A stretch of DNA of 63,925 nt, counting the filler, from Trichomonas gallinae (Eukaryota): assembly GCA_008369845.1 (NCBI GenBank). It is 10 parts of 10 records of this genome, joined end to end, with 100 filler letters (N's around TTAATTAATTAA, not from the genome) between each part and the next. Parts side by side here need not be neighbours in the genome. Positions count along the whole stretch, not along the records: positions 52,262 to 53,857 come from MRSU01000209.1; positions 53,958 to 56,968 come from MRSU01000217.1; positions 57,069 to 61,024 come from MRSU01000219.1; positions 61,125 to 62,302 come from MRSU01000226.1; positions 62,403 to 63,925 come from MRSU01000245.1; 5 more parts are not named here. One strand, given 5' to 3'. Below, piece by piece: positions 53,434-63,925 of this stretch (position 1 is its first letter; the number at the start of each line of letters is the position of its first letter). Under the pieces are notes generated by a model that searched no databases, was not told the origin of the DNA, and saw nothing but the letters and a program-made list of their open reading frames with translations. The position numbers and the translations under genes are program-made.

Positions 53434-53958
53434 CGAAAAAAAAGGTAGTTACTAATTAATTTTTAATGTAAATTATCACAATAATTCATATGTTTACATT
53501 AAGCCTTAAAAATATTGCAATTAGATTTTTAAATACAAATTATAGGATTTTCGAATTTTAAAATATTTGGACATTCGATTATTTTCCTCTGAAAAATTTT
53601 ATTCGTAACAGTGTTACAAGTATCTGCGAATGTGACATCAGTATAATTTATGATTTTTAATGTAATATTTGTATTAGGATATACAGTGGGATGCCGTTTC
53701 CAATATTAAAAATTATTGATTTGCGTCTAAGATTTGAAAATAAAAACAAAAGATTTTTTTCTATATGTTAGATGATATTGAACATTAAATTTAAAAATGG
53801 TTGATTCAAATAATATCGGAAACGATTCAAAAAAAAAAAAAAAAAAAAAAAAAAAAANNNNNNNNNNNNNNNNNNNNNNNNNNNNNNNNNNNNNNNNNNN
53901 NTTAATTAATTAANNNNNNNNNNNNNNNNNNNNNNNNNNNNNNNNNNNNNNNNNNNNC

Positions 53959-54033
53959 CCACTCTACCAGGGTGCTAACCTCGCAGGCTTCAAGCGCGTC
54001 GCTGAGGCCATGCTCGCTTACGGCTGCTGCTAA
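53959..54033 (+). CDS. gdhA: NAD(P)-dependent glutamate dehydrogenase, C-terminal fragment after a gap
   Basis: PLYQGANLAGFKRVAEAMLAYGCC* matches the GDH C-terminus GANIAGFxKVAxAM. Biased codon usage. The stop overlaps a TAAA signal. Confidence 0.85.
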   Translation, partial: PLYQGANLAGFKRVAEAMLAYGCC

Positions 54034-54734
54034 ACAATTTTAGTTTAATGTCTCTAATTCTATATTTTTTTTTCAATTTCATTCTGGAAATATGATTCAT
54101 TTGATTTTCATTACATATAAGATTTATCGCAGACTAAAAATGAACTTTATGCTTATTAGAAGTCATCTTTAGTTTGAAAATAAATTTTATCAGATAAAAT
54201 TGTTGGAATTTCTAACGATGAGGAAAATATAGCTGATGTAATGCCTTGAGTAAAGCAATCTAACCATTTATCATTTGTTAAATCCTGTATTATCAAATGA
54301 TCTCTTCCAGCAATGAACTATTGATAAAATAGTTTTAGCTCTTCTATAATATCTAAACTATGAGTATAGTTCATTGAAATATCAGATTATGTTTTCATTA
54401 AGTTCGATATATGTGTCATCCACTTCATTTGCTTTTAAAGTGCAGCCATATCCGCAAAAATCTGGATATAAATCATAAGTTATTCAAAAATTGTGATTTG
54501 AATGAAACTCGATTTTCACAGATCATTATTCATATGATTATAGTAGCTTTAACCCTTCGAAACATCAATGAAATCGTATAAACCTTGATATAGCGTTGTG
54601 TTTTTTGCTTGTACTTGATTTTATTAATTTTGATATTTTTCAAAACCAGAAAAAAGAGGTAATTTCATTAGCATTATTTAAGCCAAACACCATCTAAATG
54701 CATATTTCATATGTTTTTAAGCCATTTTTATTCA

Positions 54735-56968
54735 ATGGGTGTTGAAGCATCGGCTCCTCCGCCAGCAACTGGAAAAACGAGGGCATCAACACAATCAGTG
54801 GCACACCAGATACTTATAGTCATTCGCGGTGCCAGGAAAACTGGCAAAACTTCTCTTCTTGCAAGAATGAAAGGTATGAATTTTAATGATCAATATAAAC
54901 CCACACCAATTATGCAAGCAACAGAACTCGTATGGTCACCAATCAGCTGTCCTAATGACAAAATCAAGATAACTGTTTGGGATGTTGTCGATCACGCTTT
55001 GAAATTGCCGAATATTCCAGAAGGAAAGGAATTACCAGATGCAACAACTGTAGATACGTTCAGCAGAGCTGATGGTGTTATTATTACTTACAATCCCGCT
55101 GACGAAGAATCAATAAATTATGCTTTATCAGTAATAAACGAAGCTCCAGAGAATTTACCAAAGATTTTAGTTGCAAACTTCGCAGATCAATACGACAATC
55201 CAGTAGAAATCCATCCAATTCTATCTCCAATCAAAGATAAAATTTATATTTTACGAGCTTCAATGAAAACGAACGCAGGATTAACGGAAATCGCTCAGTG
55301 GTTAGATATTCCATTACATATCAGTCTTAAAAAGCTCTACGAAACATTAATAATTTCAGCAAATCAAGAACTCGATTCTATCAAAGAAGAACTGCATTTA
55401 AACGTTGAAGAACCAGAGCAACAACAGCCAGAAACTAAAAATGAGCCACAAAGCATTGCTGACATTCCGGTAGATGCAAATGACTTCTGGGATGACAATC
55501 ATGACCAATCTAATAAAGGAAATAGCAGTTTCTGGGACAATGATGACACAGATGTTAAAAATATTAAATTACCAGCAAAACTTCCGGATTTAGATTTTTC
55601 AACTTTGCAAACAACAGAAGAAAACAATTTGGAGCTTGAAGAAGAACCAAAACCAGTACAAAAAGAAGCCAATCCTAAAAGGCAACCTAAAAAAGGCGGA
55701 TTACGCAGTATTATTGCGAGAAACAAAAATTCGAAAAATTCTGCAAAAATTTTACCGAAAGCAAAGCCAAAACCAGTCCCAAAGCCTGTGCAAGCACCTA
55801 AACCTGCTGCTGTTCAGCCTCAGAAGTCAGTTGCTCCACAGATAAACGAAGAGGAAGAAGTATATGATGCGGATGAAGAAAATGTTGAAGTTGCAGCTCC
55901 AAAATCTCCGCAAAAAGAGTCACAACCTGTTCACAAGGTTGTTATACCAACAATCACAGAAGACTACGACCCATTCTTCGAGAACGAGAAAGAAGACAAA
56001 AAACAAGAAGAAAAAGGCTCGTTTTGGGATGATGACGTGGAAATTCCGGAAGAGAACATAAAAGAGCTTCCAAAGATTGAGCTGAAGTCAGCAGCATCAA
56101 ATACTACTGAACAAAGGAAAGTTTTGCCAAGGAAAACACAACAAAAATCTCCAACTAAAATTAGACAGAAAATCGAAGCAAAGAAATTATCTGAATCTTC
56201 AAAAGTCACTCCTATTGAAACTAAATCTACTCCAGAATCTAAAACAACTGCTGAGCAAGTAAAAATCGCTGCACTTGAACGTAAAATTACTCCAGAATCT
56301 AAAGCAATTTCAGAATCTTCAAATGTTTCTGTTACTGAACCTAAAATTGTTGCTGAACAAGTAAAAGTTGTTGCTACTGAATCTAAAGACACCCAAACTG
56401 TTCATGAGACGATTAAAGAAGTTAAAATTACATCAGATTCAGCCAATAATATCAAACCTACTCAAGACCCAGAGAGAACCAAAGAAATCGATATTGTTCC
56501 AGAGATGGTTAAGGATGTTAAAACTATTCCTACCGAAGCAGTTAAACATTATGATACTGCTCCAAAACAAGATAGCCATGCTACAGCACAATCTAATGAT
56601 GATAAAATTAGCCAACAACAATTTGAAAATGTTGCAGTTATAGAAGAAAGCCGGGCAGTTGAAAAACAAGAAATTATTCCTCAGAAAGCTGAAGAAGAAA
56701 CAAAAACCACTCCACAAACAATCATAGTAGAAAATATTGTTAACAATGAACCTCAAATCATCGAAGAAAACAATTTCAAGCCAGTTTCTATCACAGAAGA
56801 TCTTAAACAACAAAACGATTTCTTCAATGAAGCAGCAAACGATAAACATCAAAATGATTTCTTCAATGAAGCAGCAAATGATAAACAACAAAACGATTTC
56901 TTCAATGAAGCAACAAATGATAAACAGCAAAACGATTTCTTCAATGAAGCAACAAATGATAAACAGCA
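54735..56968 (+). CDS. RABL6: Rab-like protein 6 (RABL6/PARF) with long low-complexity tail; truncated by a gap
   Basis: IVIRGARKTGKTSL...F.DQYKPTP...W...ITVWDVVD and DATTVD.F..ADGVI, resembling RABL6 IVIRGDRNTGKT...VWDVVD. Confidence 0.8.
56805..56968 (+). repeat. 39-bp coding tandem repeat (KQQNDFFNEA[A/T]ND), 4+ copies into the gap
   Basis: Units start at 56805, 56844, 56883, 56922 and 56961 (partial). Confidence 0.92.
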
Positions 56969-57068
56969 NNNNNNNNNNNNNNNNNNNNNNNNNNNNNNNN
57001 NNNNNNNNNNNNTTAATTAATTAANNNNNNNNNNNNNNNNNNNNNNNNNNNNNNNNNNNNNNNNNNNN

Positions 57069-57769
57069 ATTTTTACATTTTTTCAAAAGTGGTTCATTTT
57101 ACGTTATCTTACAACCATAGCATCTGCATCAAATTTAAATAGGTCCTGAATATCAAAAACATAGCATAGTTTTTTGATATTTTATTTCGTGACGATTTTC
57201 GCTCCGTTCCGGACTTTGACATACTACTCATATTGAGCAGCTATTGGCGATAATCATATCTTGTAATCAATGAAATTCATCGAGCCGTTTTCGAGAAACA
57301 ATAGTAAACGATTTCATTTTTTCGATTACATCCATTTGAAATTCGCAATTAGCAGCCAAATGTTACAGAACAGAAATAACGTACTAATCAGCATTTTACT
57401 GATCCAGTTAAAGATTACAAAAATGCTCTTTAATATTCAAATCTTTAATTTCACAAAATTGTTAGCGATGAACGACAATAAAAATCTCACGCATCCTTTT
57501 AAGTTCAGTTGTCTTTGATTCCGTACATCTTCAGCTTGATTATTTAAGATAATAATATTGGCCGAAAATATTTGCTTGTAAAATTTCCATAAAATACAGT
57601 ATTAAGCTTTATTTTGTCATGTACATATTAATGTCTGTTTGCCCTCATGCTTTTATTTGCAGTTTACGAGAGCAACTTCTAGAAATCAATATATAGGTCC
57701 TCTACGGTATGGTCTACCTATATCCAAAGTTTCGCTGCCAACGGAGCGTCAGAGGTTAACTGGAGTACC
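57069..57769 (-). mobile_element. Putative non-autonomous DNA transposon end (TIR copy 2 at about 57691-57769)
   Basis: Reverse-complement match to 52032-52110. Similarity stops after about 79 bp. The internal side extends toward the contig start. Confidence 0.55.
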
Positions 57770-58109
57770 TTTCTTTTATTACGAGTTTATTGAACTATAG
57801 ACCATTATCAATGAGGAATCAAAGTTTTACTCGCAGAAGAAAATTTAATTCATTACAATGATACTTTTCTTACTTCAATTTATAATTTTATTAAATTATA
57901 AGAAGAAAAAGGATTTTCACTTGTTTAAAGTTCCCAGGGTAATAAATATGATATTTTCTTGGATCAATGCGGATTTGAATATTTCTTAAAATTGTTGGAT
58001 TTTTCCGCCGTTTGTATTTCATGATTCTAATGTTGATATTGTTGATTGTTTTCATCCAAGATTAAATTTGACTATAAAATGAAATGAGAGGGAAATAAAA
58101 AAAAAACAA

Positions 58110-59150
58110 TGTTTTTGATGGATTATAATCAATTTCTTCTTCATTATTGTCAGGTTTCTTCTATTCTTCAGGATTTTCACCTCTATCATCAGAATAAAAA
58201 TCGATAGACAATCCTTCGAAAGTGTTAAGTGAGTGGCAGTCTGGGCTATGGTCAGTGAGTAACTGAATCTATCGGCCCTGTTATCAATCAAAGTATCAAT
58301 TGTTATTTCGTTAATTGTGATGACAACAAAGTGGAGAGGCATTATACTCCACATATATTTGTTGCTGATATCTGCACTATGAGCTTTGAGTTCCTGAACA
58401 TCCTCAGCTGCTTTTCTCTTACATGTCTAATGGAGTAAGATATGGAGACATCCCAAGCATGTTGCGAATTGCTGCAATGTCTTTAAGAGCAATTGCGTCG
58501 AAAATTGTTTTGATCTTCTTCAAAACTTTTTTGTTTTTCCGTCCCATATTTTGAGGCGATGGTTAAAGGCCTTGTTGAGATTGGGAATTTCTCCTATATT
58601 ATCTTTGAAATTTCGTACATCCTGCTCTCTATTCTTCTTTCTCCTTTTGAGCCTTTTCTTCACGTAATTCGTAGCATGCCTTTTCGCCACAGAGTGATGC
58701 AATGAGATCATGAAATCTATCGAGCTCAGTTGCAAGATGAGTGTTAAGTTCTGAAAGAAGAGTTTTGTTTTTCTTAGTAGTTTTGTTCATTTGAAATTGA
58801 TGAACATTTTCTGATATAACTTGTTGAACGCGTTTATTTCTTTGGCCTTGTTATCCATTGTAGTTTGATACTGTTTTTCATGTTCGTTTAGTTCGTTTTC
58901 TGCTTATCCTCGATTTCCTGAAGTCTGTTGCTGAATATACATATTTGAGCTAGATTTTGGAGTGATTGTTTCATAACTCGGTTAAATTCTGCATTTTATA
59001 ATTTATAATTGGTCTTGAACAATTCGTCAAATAAATGCGGAATTTCACTTGTATATGGAGGTTCTGTGAGTGAAATTGGTACCAAATTTACCAATGATCT
59101 GAACAATGCAGTCACCATTCATTTTATCAGGTGCTGTTTTGATCAGCGAA
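58110..59150 (-). pseudogene. Decayed coding remnant of unknown family
   Basis: Stop-interrupted frame QMNKTTKKNKTLLSELNTHLATELDRFHDLIASLCGEKACYELREEKAQKEKEE*...KKIKTIFDAIALKDIAAIRNMLGMSPYLTPLDM*, plus an acidic end EGLSIDFYSDDRGENPEE*KKPDNNEEE. Confidence 0.45.
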
Positions 59151-59320
59151 AATTTTTATGATAGTGTGGTCGTTTATAATCTATAAATATCTTATAACTT
59201 TGTTGAGATACTTTATTTAATGTGCCATTATGGTCCTGCTAAATTTAGAACCTTATTTGGATGGATTATACTGAATATGCAGGTTGTTCGCACCTTTTTT
59301 TATGAATTATTTCGAAGTTT

Positions 59321-59425
59321 AACATTAGTCGGACAACCTATGGAATATAAATCAACCTGTGAATTCTCTCAATTTTTAAAAATTTAGAGGTTGATTTATA
59401 TTTCACAGGTTGATTCACTAACGTT
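59321..59425. repeat. ~105-bp imperfect palindrome (MITE/foldback-like)
   Basis: aacattagtcggacaacctatggaatataaatcaacct pairs with aggttgatttatatttcacaggttgattcactaacgtt. The inner ctctcaatttttaaaaatttagag is also self-complementary. Confidence 0.75.
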
Positions 59426-59765
59426 AGAATATATATTAATATTGAAATTAGACAGTAATTCAGTGATAAATTCATAGTACATTGCAATGGGATATCGAAG
59501 TGTTTGACATTTTCAATGAAATATCTTCAGGTTTTTGAGTAATTTACATCGAATCTTGAGTCGATTCAACATTCATGATGTTTCCTTTAATCTCTATCAG
59601 AATTAATCATTTTTTGAGGAAAACAACGTAAAAAATAATAATAATAAAGAAATAACAATAATAATTTTACAGTTATATATAGATAATGAATGATTTTTGA
59701 CAAACTGTATGAATCATTGAAAAATCGATTTCAATATTGAGATCGAAAAATCGTCAATTTTGAGG

Positions 59766-60884
59766 ATGCTTCTTACATTGTTGTGCTATCAGTCATGCAA
59801 TCCTTTGAAACACCAACAATATAATGGTCATACATATACTGAAAAAGATATAGAACAACAAAACGAAACATTCATTCTTCAAGAGTTTCCAAATTGTACT
59901 TGCTTAGAAAATCATGAACTTACAATTAATGAGCACGAAATTACTGATGATCAGCCTACATGCATTCTAGGAAGTTTCATAATTGGAGCTAATCAACCAT
60001 TCACCGCCACAGTTGGATTTACAAACAATATAATTAATGCATCGTTTCATATCAATGAAACGAAAGACGATCTTCTAGGTGTTCTTGAACATCCTGGAAA
60101 TGATCCTGAAAGCAGTGATATGATACTCGATTTTGCAATAACAAAAATTCAATGTAAACGTTTTCCATGCAAAATTCAATTCTTAAAAGTTCAACCATCA
60201 TATCTTATTACAAAAGAATCAAATAATGAATATGAATCTTTTTCCCTAACATTAGGAAGCTATAGTTTTGTGTCAACAAAACTTTCAGGTTCTGTTACTC
60301 TGCCATATGAGTTCACAATAAATTTAATTCAAAATAATAAGACTAATAACGTTACAGCTAAATACATTCATGCAAATGCTTTGATTGCAAACTTTAATAC
60401 TAAATCTTTTACTTATAAGATAGGAAAAAATTCCACACTTTATTATTCGTTAGATGGTAAAAACAATCGTACAGCAGAAGAAAAAGGCCCTCTTGGTAGT
60501 GGTTCACTTATTTGGTGTCGCGCTCGTTCTCGAGCTGAGTCTGATTTTGATAATTTTTCTTTCATTGATGAACTCGAGCTTGAATGGAAAGAATCTCAGA
60601 AAGTAACATCAGAAGATAAGAAAGTAATGTTGATTCCAGAGTTTGAAGCAAGATTATCAACAAAAGGTGGAGTATTTACACAAGAAAATATCGATCAACC
60701 TTTCCATGGAGTCAATAATGGACTATCTCCTGGCGCCATTGCAGGAATTGTTATTGCATGCATTGCAGTTGTTGCTATTATCGCAGTCTGTATTTGGCTC
60801 TTCGCATTTGGTGGTATCAAGAAATGCAAGAAAGATAAATCTGATTCCAGCTCTAACTCAAAGAAAGAACAAGAAGAAAAGTAA
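59766..60884 (+). CDS. Type I single-pass membrane protein
   Basis: Short hydrophobic N-terminus MLLTLLC, many NxS/T sites, TM GLSPGAIAGIVIACIAVVAIIAVCIWLF and a short charged tail. Confidence 0.85.
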   Translation: MLLTLLCYQSCNPLKHQQYNGHTYTEKDIEQQNETFILQEFPNCTCLENHELTINEHEITDDQPTCILGSFIIGANQPFTATVGFTNNIINASFHINETKDDLLGVLEHPGNDPESSDMILDFAITKIQCKRFPCKIQFLKVQPSYLITKESNNEYESFSLTLGSYSFVSTKLSGSVTLPYEFTINLIQNNKTNNVTAKYIHANALIANFNTKSFTYKIGKNSTLYYSLDGKNNRTAEEKGPLGSGSLIWCRARSRAESDFDNFSFIDELELEWKESQKVTSEDKKVMLIPEFEARLSTKGGVFTQENIDQPFHGVNNGLSPGAIAGIVIACIAVVAIIAVCIWLFAFGGIKKCKKDKSDSSSNSKKEQEEK

Positions 60885-61124
60885 ATTTGATCGAATAAAA
60901 TTAACTTTTCAATATAAATTTAAACGAATATCAGATATATCCATTTCACAAATAATTATGTGTCATAATACATAAAATTGTGCGTATCTCTCAAAATAGG
61001 ATATTTAAAATTTGATAAGAATTANNNNNNNNNNNNNNNNNNNNNNNNNNNNNNNNNNNNNNNNNNNNTTAATTAATTAANNNNNNNNNNNNNNNNNNNN
61101 NNNNNNNNNNNNNNNNNNNNNNNN

Positions 61125-61643
61125 TACTTTTATTTCACTTCCTTTGTAAAATGTCAATGTTTTTGATTCTGAATTTGGAATAAAAGAATACAGTGTACCT
61201 TTTGCCCTATGTTTTATTTTATACTGCGATATTGTATTATTTTTTCCAGATAGAATAAAAGTTTTTGAATTAAATATGATAAGGTATTTCGTAATATTTT
61301 TATTATATGACACTAAATACGAAATATCTGATGTTTCAAAAGTATAAATGTTTGTATTATTTGAAATTGTCAACAAATTATTCTTCTGTTTTATTTTGTA
61401 AATGTTTGAATCAATATATGCATGTATTTGTAAATTTACAATTTTAGTTTTGTTGTTATTATTGATGATATCATAATAATATTTCTCATTGCTTATGTGT
61501 GTAACAATTTTCAAATTTGATATCTCCGTATGAGCAGAATCAGAAAAAGGAATCTCGATAGTTTCATTTCTATATGTGAAGGCAGTGAAAATATCAAGCT
61601 TGGAATGCTCAACTACTCGATTCAAGAACAATACAAAATCCAT
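61125..61643 (-). CDS. Hypothetical protein, truncated by a gap
   Basis: Open frame from ATG 61643 to the gap. GTCACTTTT initiator-like motif upstream (61659-61667). Confidence 0.55.
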
Positions 61644-62928
61644 TTGAAAATTCCAGTAAAAAGTGACAAAGTGGTTGATTTTTCTAAAACTCCGAAATTA
61701 TATATAAAAAGGATTTTATATAGATATCAGATGTAAAATTGTCACTTTTTAATTTTTCAATATTATTGTTTTATCGATAAAATAAATATACATAATTCAA
61801 ACATTTGATCAACCGAAAATTTTGATTATTTTACGATGAATTTACAATGGAGAAAAAAATTCATTAATTATGGAATTTAAACAATCAAAATAATCAACCT
61901 ATTAAAATTTAAGCATTCATAAAATTGTGTGAAAATTATTATTATCATGTATATGATTATGTTCTTAATTTGACTTAAAAATAATCATATACTTAGAATT
62001 TACAAAAAAAAAAAAACTCTCAATTTAGTGGTTAGGTCAGAAGTGTAAAAACGCCAAAAACACAACCGAAAACACACCCCGAAAAATTGGTCCCGAATTT
62101 GCAACCTTATGAAAAACAGATTGGATATGTATTGGTGATTCAATATAACAAATAAAATCGAGAAATGTGATTTTTTGAAGAGTGTCAAAAAACAAATAGG
62201 TTTGTCATTAAATACTTAAATCTTTTGAGGAAGTCTGTTTGGTCTTATAGCTTAATGGATATTATTTCCTTGCATTTTATTGCGAAAGATACTATGTTCG
62301 ACNNNNNNNNNNNNNNNNNNNNNNNNNNNNNNNNNNNNNNNNNNNNTTAATTAATTAANNNNNNNNNNNNNNNNNNNNNNNNNNNNNNNNNNNNNNNNNN
62401 NNCGTTCCGCCATTGGCGCCGCCTTTGGCGCCGGCGAACCATATGGCGCCTAAATTCTAGCGCCATTTCGACATGTATACTTTAAAGTATTATTCATTAT
62501 GTTTTGGAGATAGTACACCGCAAATATTTCCTCTCAATGATGTTAACCTAAAATTGCTAACTTTTATGAGTTCCAAATGGAGAGCATCACAATTTTGGCA
62601 TTCATATTTGTATCTTTCATAACCGTTGTATGAAACTGTTTATTAACCAGATTGATAAACAGATTTAAATGAGCATACTTATTTCAGGAATCATGCATAA
62701 TATTGATAGATATCTCTTGTTTTGTGATATAGTTTTATTTAAATTAGACCAGCATATTTGATCACCAAGACTCATAGTCTTCAAATTTTAATATAACTTT
62801 GCATCTAGTTACCATAGCAACGATTCGTGTCTATATATATATATTGCATGATAAAATAATGCATATAATCAAATAATGTAATAAACTGAAATTTTATGTA
62901 ATTAACAAATAAAAAACAAATATAAAAG

Positions 62929-63925
62929 CTAGTTTCGATGCTGGCTGAAGATATTAATTGTTGAAGATATTGTATCAGTTAAAATATGCAATTTCTTTTG
63001 CTCGGATACGTTGATGAACTCGTTAAGTTCATAGATTTCCTTGAAAGAAAGTCCACCTAGAACAACAACGAAAATTTCATTAAAACTGCTGACAGTTGGT
63101 GGTTTAGTCCTGTTCAAGAAGCTTGAAAGCATGCCGCCTCCTGCAGCTTTAATTTTCGGATCATCTTCTCCTGTATTATTATATAATGATTTGATCAAAT
63201 TTGATAAATTAAAAATTGTCTTCAAAGATGGCTTCGCTCCTTTATCGAATCCAGATCTGCATTCAGTTAGAATTGCGACAGCATTCGAAGGAGAACAAAA
63301 GTTTTTCGCTTCACTTCTGTTTTGGTTATAGGCTGCGTTGACGAGTTTTTCGAGATCAAGCTGATATGAGAACATTCTTTTCACGCCAATTATGTCCAAA
63401 GACTCTTTGAGTGATGTTGTATTCTCTAAAACGTCATTAACATCTTCGCCAGAGAAAAGCATCTCTTGGAGCTGCTTCTTGTTGCTTGTTTTGAAGTTTT
63501 CTAATGCAAGAGAAAGTATTTTGTGTGACTTTTCGAGTTTAATTTTTGAATTTTGATCTAATTTTGACCAAGCAACACAAATCGACTCATATGTAGGTTC
63601 TTTAGCCCCAACTAATCCTTGTATATGTGTTAGTAATGCTTGTGATCCTTTATTTGTTTCGATTTCCAGGAATTCGCTATCAAACAGCGTTTGAAATACA
63701 GATGTTTGCGCAAAAGTATCCATTATGGAATCTGTTTCAGTAAATAATGGTGCTGAATAGTAGCATCTGTCTATAACAAGAAGAGCAGCTGTGGGATTTC
63801 CTTGTTTTTTCTTTTCGAACTCATTTGCGATTTCAGCTGAGAAACTGCCAATACTGTAGCATTTAACAACAGGTGAGCCATGATTTCTGATGAAATTCGT
63901 GATCATATTTAAAATATTTTGTGAT
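62929..63925 (-). CDS. Sec1/Munc18-like protein (SCFD2/MIP3-like), C-terminal part; frame open past the window end
   Basis: CYSIGSFSAEIANEF...AALLVIDR resembles SCFD2 CFAVGSLS...ASVVFVDR. C-terminal IFVVVLGGLSFKEI is the SM-family motif. No stop between 63906 and 63925. Confidence 0.7.
   Translation of the reverse strand, partial: SQNILNMITNFIRNHGSPVVKCYSIGSFSAEIANEFEKKKQGNPTAALLVIDRCYYSAPLFTETDSIMDTFAQTSVFQTLFDSEFLEIETNKGSQALLTHIQGLVGAKEPTYESICVAWSKLDQNSKIKLEKSHKILSLALENFKTSNKKQLQEMLFSGEDVNDVLENTTSLKESLDIIGVKRMFSYQLDLEKLVNAAYNQNRSEAKNFCSPSNAVAILTECRSGFDKGAKPSLKTIFNLSNLIKSLYNNTGEDDPKIKAAGGGMLSSFLNRTKPPTVSSFNEIFVVVLGGLSFKEIYELNEFINVSEQKKLHILTDTISSTINIFSQHRN

Noticed and set aside
13003..62402. 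Nine regularly structured TTAATTAATTAA palindromes, suggestive of a repeat or CRISPR-like system
   Set aside because: Each is centred in exactly 44+44 Ns; these are artificial six-frame-stop contig linkers.
1..63925. Apparent cluster of membrane-trafficking genes (AP5M1, Rab, SCYL, Vps55, ARL3, RABL6, SCFD2-like)
   Set aside because: They lie on different contigs joined by linkers, and trafficking families are hugely expanded in trichomonads, so co-occurrence is uninformative.
1..63925. tRNA, rRNA, CRISPR arrays or canonical trichomonad introns (ACTAACACACAG)
   Set aside because: None seen by eye; a tRNAscan/Infernal run would be needed to exclude small RNAs.

Overview
AT-rich, gene-dense eukaryotic DNA with no apparent introns, most consistent with a trichomonad (Parabasalia, Trichomonas-like). 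Supporting signs are TCAY(T/A) initiator elements 2-20 nt upstream of ATGs, TAAA signals overlapping stop codons, and BspA, GP63-like, small R2R3-Myb, ankyrin, PPi-PFK and nitroreductase families. The window is about 10 contigs joined by 9 artificial 100-nt linkers (N44-TTAATTAATTAA-N44), so adjacency across linkers means nothing. It holds about 30 genes or gene fragments: AP-5 mu, Rab, nitroreductase, NTF2-like, PEHE-domain protein, Spt4, AEC/PIN-like transporter, RPS3 (partial), GP63-like, kinase-less WNK-like CCT protein, two Mybs, two tandem Ig-like surface proteins, SCYL pseudokinase, BspA, ankyrin, FBXL, pseudokinase-SEL1, CARMIL-like LRR, Vps55, PPi-PFK-like, ARL3, ZIP-like, glycosyltransferase-like, GDH (partial), RABL6 and SCFD2-like. 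The most notable signals are several intact but apparently catalytically dead enzyme paralogs (PFK TIDND>TISND, GP63 HExxH>SNxxH, ZIP lacking His ligands), a SCYL with about 25 DPF/DPW/DPY motifs, a recurring orientation-biased upstream motif TTTACATGNCA, a pair of ~79-bp transposon-like inverted termini, and several local repeats. All family calls are by eye, without database searches.
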